From positions 7,955 through 71,954 of the IMG/VR virus record IMGVR_UViG_3300040811_001208: DNA of 64,000 bases, one strand, 5' to 3'. This document shows, in pieces, positions 8,318-17,066 of the stretch. Both the position numbers and the translations under genes were made by a program. The notes beneath the pieces are model-generated. The model saw only the letters and a program-made list of their open reading frames with translations. It did no database searches and was not told the origin of the DNA. This DNA is from a virus. Every line of letters begins with the position of its first letter. Position 1 is the first letter of the stretch.

Positions 8318-8505
8318 TCAACTTCAAGGTATTCTACAACAGGTTTCCTCAAAACATAGAAAATGCGTTTTTGTGCTTCTTCAAATGTGGAATACCAACC
8401 ATCATAACCAAACATATTCATCCAAAACAATCCAAACCATTTCTCTTGCGGATAGTATCTGGTTGAGTATTTGTCTGTAACTTTTTTAATTCGGTAGTTT
8501 TTCAT
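8299..8505 (-). CDS. hypothetical protein
   Basis: ORF after promoter cassette. Confidence 0.65.
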   Translation of the reverse strand: MKNYRIKKVTDKYSTRYYPQEKWFGLFWMNMFGYDGWYSTFEEAQKRIFYVLRKPVVEYLEVDCGENK

Positions 8506-8583
8506 AGGTTTGGTTGTTTATAGAAATATCATACCAGAAAGGGCACCTGTTTTCAAGTGCCCTTGTTCCAGTTCGTCAAGTGG
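8506..8583 (-). promoter_or_regulatory. early promoter cassette
   Basis: CCACTT-N4-AACTGGAAC, AAGGGCAC/GTGCCCTT hairpin, TATGAT 8528-8533. Confidence 0.7.
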
Positions 8584-8772
8584 TCAAATAGGATAAGGTT
8601 GCTGTGGGTCTCGTGTCCACAATTTCTGGTAGGTTAACCACTTTTCTTGATGTGGTGTCATTTCAGCAAACCAGTGCATCCCATCTTCTGAAATTGCGTC
8701 AAGATAGTGGATTTGTGTTCTTGGACAAATAGTTCTTGTCACTTGTATGAATTTTACTTTTTCCATAGTCAA
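8584..8772 (-). CDS. hypothetical protein
   Basis: ORF. Confidence 0.6.
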   Translation of the reverse strand: MTMEKVKFIQVTRTICPRTQIHYLDAISEDGMHWFAEMTPHQEKWLTYQKLWTRDPQQPYPI

Positions 8773-8878
8773 ACTCCGTCTGGTAGATTTCCTGTTAAAG
8801 TAAGAATAAGAGCAATAATATTAATGATAGCAAATCCTACTGGTAATGCCCATTCTATCTCTTCTGGGTCATTCATAA

Positions 8879-9175
8879 TCAATTACACATAGGAAAATAA
8901 GCAGGACCATGAAGTTCTCCATCTGGTCCCAGATAAGACCAATCACCTTTTTCTACATCCCACCAACAGTCTTTGGGATAATCATTGTGAGCATCATAGT
9001 ATTTTCTCACAGCATCCCACTGTTCTGGAGACCAGTTCTTCCAGTTACTCATCTTATCAGCAAGGAAATGATTTTCAATCTTTCGTTTGATGATAGCATC
9101 AGTAGTGGTGTTGTAAATCTCAATCACATCAGAATGATTGAGATGTAGGGTCCAAACTCGTTCAGTCATCATCAT
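8879..9175 (-). CDS. hypothetical protein
   Basis: ORF. Confidence 0.65.
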   Translation of the reverse strand: MMMTERVWTLHLNHSDVIEIYNTTTDAIIKRKIENHFLADKMSNWKNWSPEQWDAVRKYYDAHNDYPKDCWWDVEKGDWSYLGPDGELHGPAYFPMCN

Positions 9176-9374
9176 TCTCCTTTTGATAATCCCATTTCAA
9201 GTTGTGAGTAATCATTTTGAAAGCACCATCAAGAGTTGTTGCGTGTCCATCATAAATCCAATCACCTACCTGAATAGTATAATATGCCAAGGAACCTTCT
9301 GCGGTGTAATCACGGATACTAATTTCAGTCATCGTCATTCTCCCAGAAAACTTTCCATTCTTCCTTGTCCTCAT
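9162..9374 (-). CDS. hypothetical protein (start probably MTEIS)
   Basis: ORF. Confidence 0.55.
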   Translation of the reverse strand: MRTRKNGKFSGRMTMTEISIRDYTAEGSLAYYTIQVGDWIYDGHATTLDGAFKMITHNLKWDYQKENDDD

Positions 9375-9651
9375 CGGTCATATCTTCAACTTCAAAACCA
9401 CTCACATTCAATCGAGCAAGACCAAAATCTCTAATGATTAGATTTGCTACATCATTTGCCAGATAATCACCAAAATCTGCTGAACTTCTCAAGTCAGTAT
9501 ATGGTTGAGCAGCAGGATTGAACTTCACACAAAATGTGATTTTATATCCTTCAACACAATCTTTTGACTTACGCAGTGCCTCTTTGCGTTCTTCAATTTG
9601 TTTTTCAAGTTGTTGAAGTTCTTTGTAGGTGAGGTTGGTGATGTTAGTCAT
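9325..9651 (-). CDS. hypothetical protein
   Basis: ORF. Confidence 0.7.
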   Translation of the reverse strand: MTNITNLTYKELQQLEKQIEERKEALRKSKDCVEGYKITFCVKFNPAAQPYTDLRSSADFGDYLANDVANLIIRDFGLARLNVSGFEVEDMTDEDKEEWKVFWENDDD

Positions 9652-9866
9652 AGATTCTCCACCTCCTCAGCAAGTTCATAAACAGCACGAGCATCAAGTA
9701 CCCAATCTTCTACACCTTCTTCTGCACAACACTGATAGTATTGGAGTTGCTCCACAACCTCACGGAGAATAAAAGCAATCAACTTCTGCCTGTCGCCTTT
9801 TTGCGGTCGCAGGGAGAGTTCCATTGTCTTATCAAGGAGTTCTTGTGCTTTAATAGTCATCCCCAT
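9648..9866 (-). CDS. hypothetical protein (paralog family A)
   Basis: ILREVV..VYELAEEVENL as in 7182..7364. Confidence 0.65.
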   Translation of the reverse strand: MGMTIKAQELLDKTMELSLRPQKGDRQKLIAFILREVVEQLQYYQCCAEEGVEDWVLDARAVYELAEEVENL

Positions 9867-10054
9867 ACCTCTAGGTATTCTTCGAGAGTGAAGTTCTCAT
9901 CAATAGATGCTTCTTCTAATAGTTCTTCATAAGATAATGTTTTAATCATTTCAAAATACTGTTCTGGAGTTGGGTCTTCATCTGGGTCGAAGTCATCGTG
10001 ACAGAGAAATGAATACTCATTATAGAGTGCTTTGATCAATTTAGAATAAGCCAT
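9857..10054 (-). CDS. hypothetical acidic protein
   Basis: ORF. Confidence 0.65.
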   Translation of the reverse strand: MAYSKLIKALYNEYSFLCHDDFDPDEDPTPEQYFEMIKTLSYEELLEEASIDENFTLEEYLEVWG

Positions 10055-10344
10055 TCTTTATCTCTGTATGCTTTCAGGTTCCGTGGTGATGAAGTAATCA
10101 TATCAAATCTAATTTGAAACCACTTCCAACGAAATGAAAATCCACATAAAGACCTACTACCAAAACTAATCAATAGCATTGGGAAGATTTCAGTGGCAGG
10201 GTAGTCGTCCCATTGGATACAAATATCAAATAGAGCAAACTTTGGATAGTATGAGAGCACTTGTAGGTATCCCTCCCAACCAAAATCTTCATATTGTGCG
10301 ATATCAAAAATTTTCACTAGACCCCATCTCCAGTTTCTTGCCAT
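10036..10344 (-). CDS. hypothetical protein (paralog family B)
   Basis: similar to 11576..11884. Confidence 0.65.
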   Translation of the reverse strand: MARNWRWGLVKIFDIAQYEDFGWEGYLQVLSYYPKFALFDICIQWDDYPATEIFPMLLISFGSRSLCGFSFRWKWFQIRFDMITSSPRNLKAYRDKEWLILN

Positions 10345-10631
10345 TCGTGGATAGGATTATACTTGTTCTCCACTTCTTTCACCCGCAATAGGAAACTATC
10401 TTCCCCGTGGTCTCCACTATACAAATAGTCCACAGCACGCATAATCTCTGCCATCTTACGCAGTTTGGGTAGTTGTGCTTCAAGGTAATCAATCACATCA
10501 GGATCAAAGTTATACCTATCACCATATTCATTTACTGTATTGTTAGCAGCAATCTCTTGCTCCAACTCATCAGCAAATTGTGCTACCTTGTAGTAATCAT
10601 AACCGCAGTCACAGAAGTGCCCACCCGACAT
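10317..10631 (-). CDS. hypothetical protein (MSGGHF..., DYLYSGDHGEDSF)
   Basis: ORF with motif typical of a phage hypothetical family. Confidence 0.7.
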   Translation of the reverse strand: MSGGHFCDCGYDYYKVAQFADELEQEIAANNTVNEYGDRYNFDPDVIDYLEAQLPKLRKMAEIMRAVDYLYSGDHGEDSFLLRVKEVENKYNPIHEWQETGDGV

Positions 10632-10696
10632 TATCGTGCCTCCAATTCTTCATAAGCAAACTCAACTTGTTGCCATGCCAATTTTTCTCGCGCTCT

Positions 10697-10996
10697 CTAA
10701 CTTTCAATAGAAGATTTGGCAATAAGTGGCCATTCTTCTTTGGAACCTTGCCACCAATCTTTATAATCTTTAGGCATTACACTGGAGAGTTCTTCATCAT
10801 ATCGTTGAAGACGAGCGAGTTCTGATTTAATCGTCAAAAGATTGTCATGGAGTTCTTTGTTAAAATCATACTGTTCAGACAAACTTTCTATATTATTGTC
10901 TGTATAATTAGTTTCTTCTCGGATCTCCCAAGACAATTCTTCCATGTATGCTGCAGTGTCATCCATAAAGTATTCAAGAGTTTGAAGTAAATTCAT
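10697..10996 (-). CDS. hypothetical protein; frame continues past TAG to TAA at 10631
   Basis: ..SSIES*RAREKLAWQQVEFAYEELEAR then TAATG overlap. Confidence 0.6.
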   Translation of the reverse strand: MNLLQTLEYFMDDTAAYMEELSWEIREETNYTDNNIESLSEQYDFNKELHDNLLTIKSELARLQRYDEELSSVMPKDYKDWWQGSKEEWPLIAKSSIES

Positions 10997-11169
10997 TCTT
11001 CCTCAAATCCACCAATACCAATATCTACAAAGGTAGAACCATCAACATCTTCAAAGAGTTGGAAGTCAAAATCACCTCCATAGAAGTGATACTTGTGTCC
11101 ATCTGCAATCCTTACTTCTTGATCAAGTGGAAACTCTTTGAGTTTTTCAATCCATTCAGCAACAGTCAT
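10993..11169 (-). CDS. hypothetical protein (58 aa, MTVAEWIEKLKEFPLD..)
   Basis: read manually; ATGA coupling on both sides. Confidence 0.6.
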   Translation of the reverse strand: MTVAEWIEKLKEFPLDQEVRIADGHKYHFYGGDFDFQLFEDVDGSTFVDIGIGGFEEE

Positions 11170-11351
11170 TTGAATTGCTCCAATACATCAATGAAATGTT
11201 GAATACAATCTTGAGGAATATGAATGGTTTGGTATTCTGGTCCATTACCATCACGCACACTCACAGTTCCATACTCATCGGGGGAGAACTCAAAACACCA
11301 TCCATATTCATCGTGGTGAATTTTGATTTCTTTGGTGATAGTGTAGGTCAT
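11166..11351 (-). CDS. hypothetical protein
   Basis: ORF. Confidence 0.6.
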   Translation of the reverse strand: MTYTITKEIKIHHDEYGWCFEFSPDEYGTVSVRDGNGPEYQTIHIPQDCIQHFIDVLEQFK

Positions 11352-11509
11352 CGGATGTAAAGATGTTTCTTATTGATAATCATATGATCCAGAACCTGTG
11401 CAAGTTTCTGTTCATAAGTGGGATTGTTGTGTTTCAAACACTCCACATAAGCATCGTGGAGACGAGCATAAAGATCTTCCCAGTGGGTTTTGTCAATCGG
11501 TTTGATCAT
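11348..11509 (-). CDS. hypothetical protein (start MIKPID)
   Basis: ORF after promoter cassette. Confidence 0.55.
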   Translation of the reverse strand: MIKPIDKTHWEDLYARLHDAYVECLKHNNPTYEQKLAQVLDHMIINKKHLYIR

Positions 11510-11587
11510 GAGATTCATTTGAACTAAAGTCATTATAGCAAAAAGGCACTCCACCACAAGATGGAGTGTGATAGTTCATTCAGTGTC
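11510..11587 (-). promoter_or_regulatory. early promoter cassette
   Basis: GACACTG-N4-AACTATCAC, CACTCCA/TGGAGTG hairpin, TATAAT 11532-11537. Confidence 0.7.
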
Positions 11588-11884
11588 AGCCCATTCCCAA
11601 GAACGAGTGGCAAGATCAAAATCAAATCCAAACTTATAAGCCCAAAACAAGATACTAAAGAAACCATTAGATCCAAAATTGATCTGAAGAAATGGCCAAC
11701 ATGGAGAATCATTCCAACTGACTGATCCTTGGAATAGACTCCAATAATATTTTTTGATTTTTAGATTGCAAATCTGGATGCAAAATTCAGTACCAAAAGA
11801 TTTTCTTTTCTTTGTACGAATTAAATCAAACTGCATTTTTCTTCCCATGAATAGGACAATCAGCATTGACCCACTTGCGGTCAT
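11576..11884 (-). CDS. hypothetical protein (paralog family B; start probably MQFDL)
   Basis: similar to 10036..10344. Confidence 0.6.
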   Translation of the reverse strand: MTASGSMLIVLFMGRKMQFDLIRTKKRKSFGTEFCIQICNLKIKKYYWSLFQGSVSWNDSPCWPFLQINFGSNGFFSILFWAYKFGFDFDLATRSWEWADTE

Positions 11885-12377
11885 CAGGCATTTCTTGGTT
11901 ATCCATGCGAGGACATCTACAGCCTCGTTTTACTGCCTCAACAGAACCAGGAACAAGACCACCCCAGGGCATCATAGCATCCATCTCTTCATCCGTGTAA
12001 TTTAGATTGTCTGGATTTTCGAGACGAGATAGTTTTGCCTTTAAATCACGAATTTCATCTTCAAGAGCACGAGCATCATCATCAGTATAATATTGCTTAT
12101 CCTGAAGGTCATATTCTTCCATAAGTTTCTCTATGTCTTCTTTCTTGTTAAAATCACCGAAAGCAATTCCACAAGCACCATCCATAATGCTATACTCATC
12201 AAAATCAATAGCACGAAGAAAACTCTTGAACAAAGAGAAGTATTGATGAATGTTTAGATCTTGTGCTGGTGCCTCGATTGTGATGGAATGTTCATCGAGT
12301 AGTCCCGGAAATGTTTGGCTATATTGTGGAGGAGTATCGTTGATAAAAGTGAACTTTACTTTTGCTGAGTAGGTCAT
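11826..12377 (-). CDS. hypothetical protein with C-terminal Cys/His motif (GCRCP..DCPIHG)
   Basis: ORF. Confidence 0.7.
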   Translation of the reverse strand: MTYSAKVKFTFINDTPPQYSQTFPGLLDEHSITIEAPAQDLNIHQYFSLFKSFLRAIDFDEYSIMDGACGIAFGDFNKKEDIEKLMEEYDLQDKQYYTDDDARALEDEIRDLKAKLSRLENPDNLNYTDEEMDAMMPWGGLVPGSVEAVKRGCRCPRMDNQEMPDDRKWVNADCPIHGKKNAV

Positions 12378-12850
12378 TGGATTACAGATTTAATGTAGTC
12401 GAAGTCTTCTTGTGATGTTGGGATCTCAAACTGATGATACATTCGCTTGAGAATACTTTCGGGAATGAACTTTCCTTCTCGGTGTTTGTTTCTTTCCAAT
12501 GCTTCTTCAAGAGAGATCTGGAAATAAACAATTCCTCTTTTGTAATAAGAAGGAATCTTTGCAAGTTTTTTCTTTCTGGTTTTAACCGTCAAATTTGTTT
12601 GGTCAAAAATAATGTCCTTCCCTTTATCTTTTGCCATATTGAGTTGAAGTTCCAGTTCTCGTGTGGCATCAGAAATTACATCGTCAAAAATCTCATTGTA
12701 GGTGAGATTCAATCGTTGTGCTTCCTTTTCGATATAGTCATCAGTAGACAACACAACAGCATTAGACCAATATGGGATCTTTAGTAGTCGTTTGACATAA
12801 GTGGATTTGCCCGATGTGGGAATTCCTGCCAACATCACAAGTTCTGCCAT
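12374..12850 (-). CDS. P-loop kinase (AAA_33 / polynucleotide-kinase-like)
   Basis: GIPTSGKST, LSTDD, IIFDQTNL, RNKHR lid. Confidence 0.85.
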   Translation of the reverse strand: MAELVMLAGIPTSGKSTYVKRLLKIPYWSNAVVLSTDDYIEKEAQRLNLTYNEIFDDVISDATRELELQLNMAKDKGKDIIFDQTNLTVKTRKKKLAKIPSYYKRGIVYFQISLEEALERNKHREGKFIPESILKRMYHQFEIPTSQEDFDYIKSVIQ

Positions 12851-12928
12851 GATTTTGGTTCAACTGTTGGTATTATACAAGAAAAAGGACACCAGTAGGT
12901 GTCCTCATGTGCCAGTTGTTAGGGTGTC
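12851..12928 (-). promoter_or_regulatory. early promoter cassette
   Basis: AACTGGCAC, AGGACACC/GGTGTCCT hairpin, TATAAT 12872-12877. Confidence 0.7.
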
Positions 12929-13328
12929 ACTTCTGGATATCAAAAGTAGGAACTGGTGCTCCGCCGTTACTTGGAATCATATATACCGTGCGGTTAGAAT
13001 CTTTCTCGCCCTCAGTAATCCACAAGTACTGAAGATAAGCAGGATTATCCTTGAGACTTTCGCCAATAATAGAGTTTGCTTTTGCAACACCCTGGGCGCG
13101 AATAATTTCTGCTTCGGCAAGTTGTTGAGCCGAATCTTTCTTTGCTTGTGCCTCAAGCACTGCTACTTGACGAGTATATTCTGCCTCCAATAGTTGTCCT
13201 TTCCCATTTAATGTTTTCGTATAAACTCCATATTGGGGAAGACCAAAAGCAAGGCCAGCAACCACAATCACACCAGCAAAAACAATAATGGCAACGCCAG
13301 AGTCAATAAATCCGTTTTGTTTGTTCAT
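12927..13328 (-). CDS. membrane-anchored SPFH/band-7-like coiled-coil protein
   Basis: TM helix; AEAEIIRAQGVAKAN..YLQYLWI. Confidence 0.7.
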   Translation of the reverse strand: MNKQNGFIDSGVAIIVFAGVIVVAGLAFGLPQYGVYTKTLNGKGQLLEAEYTRQVAVLEAQAKKDSAQQLAEAEIIRAQGVAKANSIIGESLKDNPAYLQYLWITEGEKDSNRTVYMIPSNGGAPVPTFDIQK

Positions 13329-13447
13329 TTGTCATTCTCCAAGGTAGATTTCAATAGTTCATCAACAGTGCGTCGAGCACGATAGTTTAGGATAATGTCC
13401 ATCACGCAGTATCCAAAGGCAAATCCTGCCATAATAGTAGTAATCAT
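13325..13447 (-). CDS. small membrane protein (40 aa)
   Basis: read manually, ATGA coupled. Confidence 0.5.
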   Translation of the reverse strand: MITTIMAGFAFGYCVMDIILNYRARRTVDELLKSTLENDK

Positions 13448-13746
13448 TTTAAACTCTCAACTTGATTAAGAATAGTTTCGACATCTTCTCTGGTAAGATA
13501 CCCAAGAACATCATCAGTAATGGGAGTATCATAGCAGATTTCCCATTCTTCTTCTGTTCCTTTGAGAACAGCAATCTCATAAAGACCATCAGAGCCACCA
13601 TAAGAATATGGAGTCATAATGACACTTGTACCATAGCCGTTTTCAAAAAAGTTAACTGCCTGGACACCATCCCAATCAGGATGTGGCTCAAACTCAAGAT
13701 CAGAAAATTTCATTTTTGTCCCAACGGTCTTGCCAGAGTTCAACAA
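13444..13746 (-). CDS. hypothetical protein (start probably MKFSDL)
   Basis: FENGYGTSVI..SYGG..GLYEIAVL, a common phage hypothetical motif. Confidence 0.7.
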   Translation of the reverse strand: MLNSGKTVGTKMKFSDLEFEPHPDWDGVQAVNFFENGYGTSVIMTPYSYGGSDGLYEIAVLKGTEEEWEICYDTPITDDVLGYLTREDVETILNQVESLK

Positions 13747-13930
13747 AGCGTGCCCTCAGATTTTCAATCGTATCATACCGCTGAATGATCGGATTGTCAA
13801 GTGGTAGGTCATTAAATCCAGAATCATAAGGAGAAACTAGGTGATAGCACTCCAGTGCATGAACCAGAAGTTCGATCATAACCTCATGTTCTACCTCAGT
13901 CAACTGAACAGTAATGTCGTTTGTGTCCAT
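13700..13930 (-). CDS. hypothetical protein
   Basis: ORF after promoter cassette. Confidence 0.6.
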   Translation of the reverse strand: MDTNDITVQLTEVEHEVMIELLVHALECYHLVSPYDSGFNDLPLDNPIIQRYDTIENLRARFVELWQDRWDKNEIF

Positions 13931-14011
13931 TCCAAAGATTGGTTGTGTACCAGATCATTATAAGAGACTCAGATCAGAACCAAGGTCTGGAGTGGACAGT
14001 TTTAGAATTGG
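13931..14011 (-). promoter_or_regulatory. early promoter cassette
   Basis: AACTGTCCA box and TATAAT 13957-13962 at the same spacing. Confidence 0.6.
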
Positions 14012-14179
14012 TCAGGAGTAGTCTCCAATCTGATTTTTTGTTTTCATTTCTTTAATTTCTTTTGCTTTGTCCAGAAGACGATCAAGATTTGCAATTAAAA
14101 GATCCAAACGATCTTCTGTCTTTCCCATCAATGCCTCGTCAATTCTTTCAAATGCAGCTTTAGTTTGTGTGGTGATCAT
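14012..14179 (-). CDS. hypothetical protein (55 aa)
   Basis: read manually; ATGA coupled to def. Confidence 0.5.
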   Translation of the reverse strand: MITTQTKAAFERIDEALMGKTEDRLDLLIANLDRLLDKAKEIKEMKTKNQIGDYS

Positions 14180-14598
14180 GCAATGAGTTCTCCATACAAG
14201 TGCAAGATCTCATGTTGAATGATTCGTGCAGTGAGTCCACTATACTTCTCAAAATGTGGCTTACCATCTAAGTCACGATACTTAACACTAAGGCTTTCTG
14301 GACGAGAGATCATTTTAAAAATATCAGGACAAGATAGACACCCTTCTTCCATCTCTACTTGTTCTTCTGATACTTTTGTGATAACAGGATTAATCATAAC
14401 AATTGGTTCTCCATGATGATCAACAACGATAATGTGCTTGAGAACTCCAATCTGAACCGCAGACAATCCGACTCCATTGGCTGCCCTCATAGTTTCAATC
14501 ATATCTAGTGCAAGAGAACGAATAGAATCATCGACATTTGCTACTCGTTTCGACTTCCTGCGAAGTAATTTATTTTCTGATGTGAGGATTTGTAACAT
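14176..14598 (-). CDS. def: peptide deformylase (short phage type)
   Basis: GVGLSAVQIG, EGCLS, IIQHEILH; lacks C-terminal helix. Confidence 0.92.
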   Translation of the reverse strand: MLQILTSENKLLRRKSKRVANVDDSIRSLALDMIETMRAANGVGLSAVQIGVLKHIIVVDHHGEPIVMINPVITKVSEEQVEMEEGCLSCPDIFKMISRPESLSVKYRDLDGKPHFEKYSGLTARIIQHEILHLYGELIA

Positions 14599-14622
14599 GG
14601 CTTTTCTCCACCAATCTACTAT

Positions 14623-15852
14623 TTATTTCTTGATCTCTGCCACAGCCAACTTACCCTGCTCAAATACAGAATCAACAATAGTCTGAACATTGCGCGATGC
14701 AACATCAGTATTCTTATTGTAAACAGGACAGATCACAAGACCTTCTGGTTTCAGATAAGTCGAAAGATCACCAGGAATTACTGTTCCGTTTCTCATGCCA
14801 GCAGCATCATCAGGATGGAGACGCAGTGTACGACCGATATTCTGTAGCATCGAAACTGTATCCATCGAGCGCATAAAACACACAGAATCGAGACAAGAAA
14901 TTGATATCCCTTCTCCCAATATGCTGTAGTTCATAACAACAAACTTCTTAGAATCATTCTTTCCCCATGTATTCAAAATCTGAAAGAACTTCTCGCGAGT
15001 CACTGGTTTCCCATCACAATAAGCACCATACTGAGATGTAATATGCAGCAAAGAATATCCACGATCCTTAAGTTCTTCCTGGAAACTGGATTCAGAAAGA
15101 AGAGCCATCATATTCTTGGTTGATTTCACGGCAACAAGCATCTTGTTGACTTGCTCTTCGTCAATAATTTCCAGAAGATGCTTACAGTCTCGTTCTGCAA
15201 CATTATCAGTAACTGCTTCCAGATACTTTGTGATAACTCTTGGTTTTGTGATATAACCACCTTTGATCAGTTCTGGTGCAGGAACATTAGAAATGATCTT
15301 CCCATAAACATCAACATCATTCATTCCTGGTTTTGAAGCAACAGCACTGGTTTTAGGAGTTGCAGTAAAGAAGAAACAACGATCAGACCTTTCTGATGCA
15401 GTTTTGACATGCTCATGAAAAGATCTTTTTACTGAATTATGTGCTTCATCTAGTATGTAAGTATTGACATGAATACCTGATTCTTGGATACGACGAAGTG
15501 AATTATAAGTACAGAAAATTAGTTTATGATGGTTCTTATGAATCTCCGTCCAGTCTTGAATGTTCTTGACTTTTGTGGTATGATAGTGGGACACTTTTCC
15601 AGAGTGTACATGAAGTACACGAGCGTTCTTGATGTGCTCTAGATACTCAGAACTGAGTTGACAAGCAAGAAGAATTCTTGGTGCAACAACACAAACTGTT
15701 TGTGGTTGTGTCTTTTCAAACTCTCTTATGGTATCGGCAATACCCACCATCGTCTTTCCACCACCAGTAGGGTAGGTAACGATACCAACATTGTTGTGCT
15801 GGAGATCGAAAACAGTTTTGGCTTGATGAGGACGAAGTTCCATGAGAATCAT
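14623..15852 (-). CDS. superfamily 2 (DEAH-box) helicase
   Basis: PTGGGKT, DEAH, FTATP, EGISI, QNIGRTLR. Confidence 0.9.
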   Translation of the reverse strand: MILMELRPHQAKTVFDLQHNNVGIVTYPTGGGKTMVGIADTIREFEKTQPQTVCVVAPRILLACQLSSEYLEHIKNARVLHVHSGKVSHYHTTKVKNIQDWTEIHKNHHKLIFCTYNSLRRIQESGIHVNTYILDEAHNSVKRSFHEHVKTASERSDRCFFFTATPKTSAVASKPGMNDVDVYGKIISNVPAPELIKGGYITKPRVITKYLEAVTDNVAERDCKHLLEIIDEEQVNKMLVAVKSTKNMMALLSESSFQEELKDRGYSLLHITSQYGAYCDGKPVTREKFFQILNTWGKNDSKKFVVMNYSILGEGISISCLDSVCFMRSMDTVSMLQNIGRTLRLHPDDAAGMRNGTVIPGDLSTYLKPEGLVICPVYNKNTDVASRNVQTIVDSVFEQGKLAVAEIKK

Positions 15853-15921
15853 TGATTATGAAATAATCATACAGCAAAACAAGACCCTTGTCTAGGGGTC
15901 TTGTGACAGTTATTGAAGTGT
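15853..15921 (-). promoter_or_regulatory. early promoter cassette
   Basis: ACACTT-N4-AACTGTCAC, ACAAGACCC/GGGTCTTGT hairpin, TATGAT 15866-15871. Confidence 0.7.
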
Positions 15922-16080
15922 ATACTAGATCTTTATAATTCTTAAGGTAGTTAATAACCTTAACTGGTTCCCTTCGGGAACTTTCCTTCGGAAACTATCT
16001 AGATTTATTTTCTTTCTTTAGGTCTTTATCTTTATTAGTAATTATTAATTACTAGAGTGATCTTCATCGGTGACAAAGCT

Positions 16081-16109
16081 AGTCTACAGACATCAGAGAC
16101 CCTTGTCAA
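16081..16109 (-). promoter_or_regulatory. sigma70-like promoter
   Basis: TTGACA-17bp-TAGACT. Confidence 0.6.
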
Positions 16110-16540
16110 CCCCCATCTAGAAATGTTATGAATTCCTGATAAAGAATTGATTCCTGTTCTTCTGCCTCGATCTCATGAGGTTGGTTGACATAATCAAGAC
16201 CATCGATTATAATTCCATTCCAGTACCTCTTCGAGTGCCTGATCTTTAGCTTCCCTTGACAAAACTGATAAACATGGTATAATTCATGAAGCAGTGTCCC
16301 AATGTAGTCGTCAATCTCCAGTGTCTTCTCTAGTTCAATCAAAAAACTTCTAGGATTTTCTCCACATTCCTCATAAGGAGAAATGTCACAATAACCATAA
16401 ACACCATCTTCCGTTAGATCCTTATGATCGATAATAATTTCTAGGTCGTAATCCAGAAAATACTTCTCAGAAAACCAGTTCACAATTGTCTCACAAAGAT
16501 TTTCACGCCTTTTCCCGTTTTCAATTTCAAGTTCCAGCAT
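16106..16540 (-). CDS. putative zinc metallopeptidase-like protein
   Basis: TLLHELYHVYQ (HExxH), PHEIEA. Confidence 0.75.
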   Translation of the reverse strand: MLELEIENGKRRENLCETIVNWFSEKYFLDYDLEIIIDHKDLTEDGVYGYCDISPYEECGENPRSFLIELEKTLEIDDYIGTLLHELYHVYQFCQGKLKIRHSKRYWNGIIIDGLDYVNQPHEIEAEEQESILYQEFITFLDGG

Positions 16541-16730
16541 GAGAAAAAATGATGTACGACAGCCGAGTAAACCAGTGCATAAACCAAATGAATGATCCGA
16601 TGAATAAGATTCTGTCTAGTGTACTGAACTCCATTCTGATGTGGTTTGGTCTTGTGTATTATGATCTTAGGCTCCCAGGCTCGGATCAAGGTCTTATGAT
16701 GGACAGTTTTGGTTTTGTCACAGATGACCA

Positions 16731-17066
16731 TCAAAATAATTTAATCACCATCATCAACTCCAACACACAGTATATAATCCATCCTTTCCACTTAGGTATA
16801 TTATCTAATGTGATTGCATTATTGTAAAAAACAACATTTGCCAAATGATAATCATATTCTCCATAATCAGCTTCTAGCCAATCATAATCGTGTATAATAG
16901 CAGAATACTTTATGTCATAAGGAGAAACAAACCACCAAAAAAAGGAAGGCACCGAACCCAAATCAGATTGAAATCCTCTGGGCAAGAACCTTCCATCAGG
17001 TAATTTATAATTTTCAGTTAGCTTTACTCTTTGTGGTTTTACATACACAAAGCTTGGTAGGTTCAT
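16731..17066 (-). CDS. DUF1353-like protein
   Basis: PRGFQSDLGSVP..AIIHDYD. Confidence 0.75.
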   Translation of the reverse strand: MNLPSFVYVKPQRVKLTENYKLPDGRFLPRGFQSDLGSVPSFFWWFVSPYDIKYSAIIHDYDWLEADYGEYDYHLANVVFYNNAITLDNIPKWKGWIIYCVLELMMVIKLF

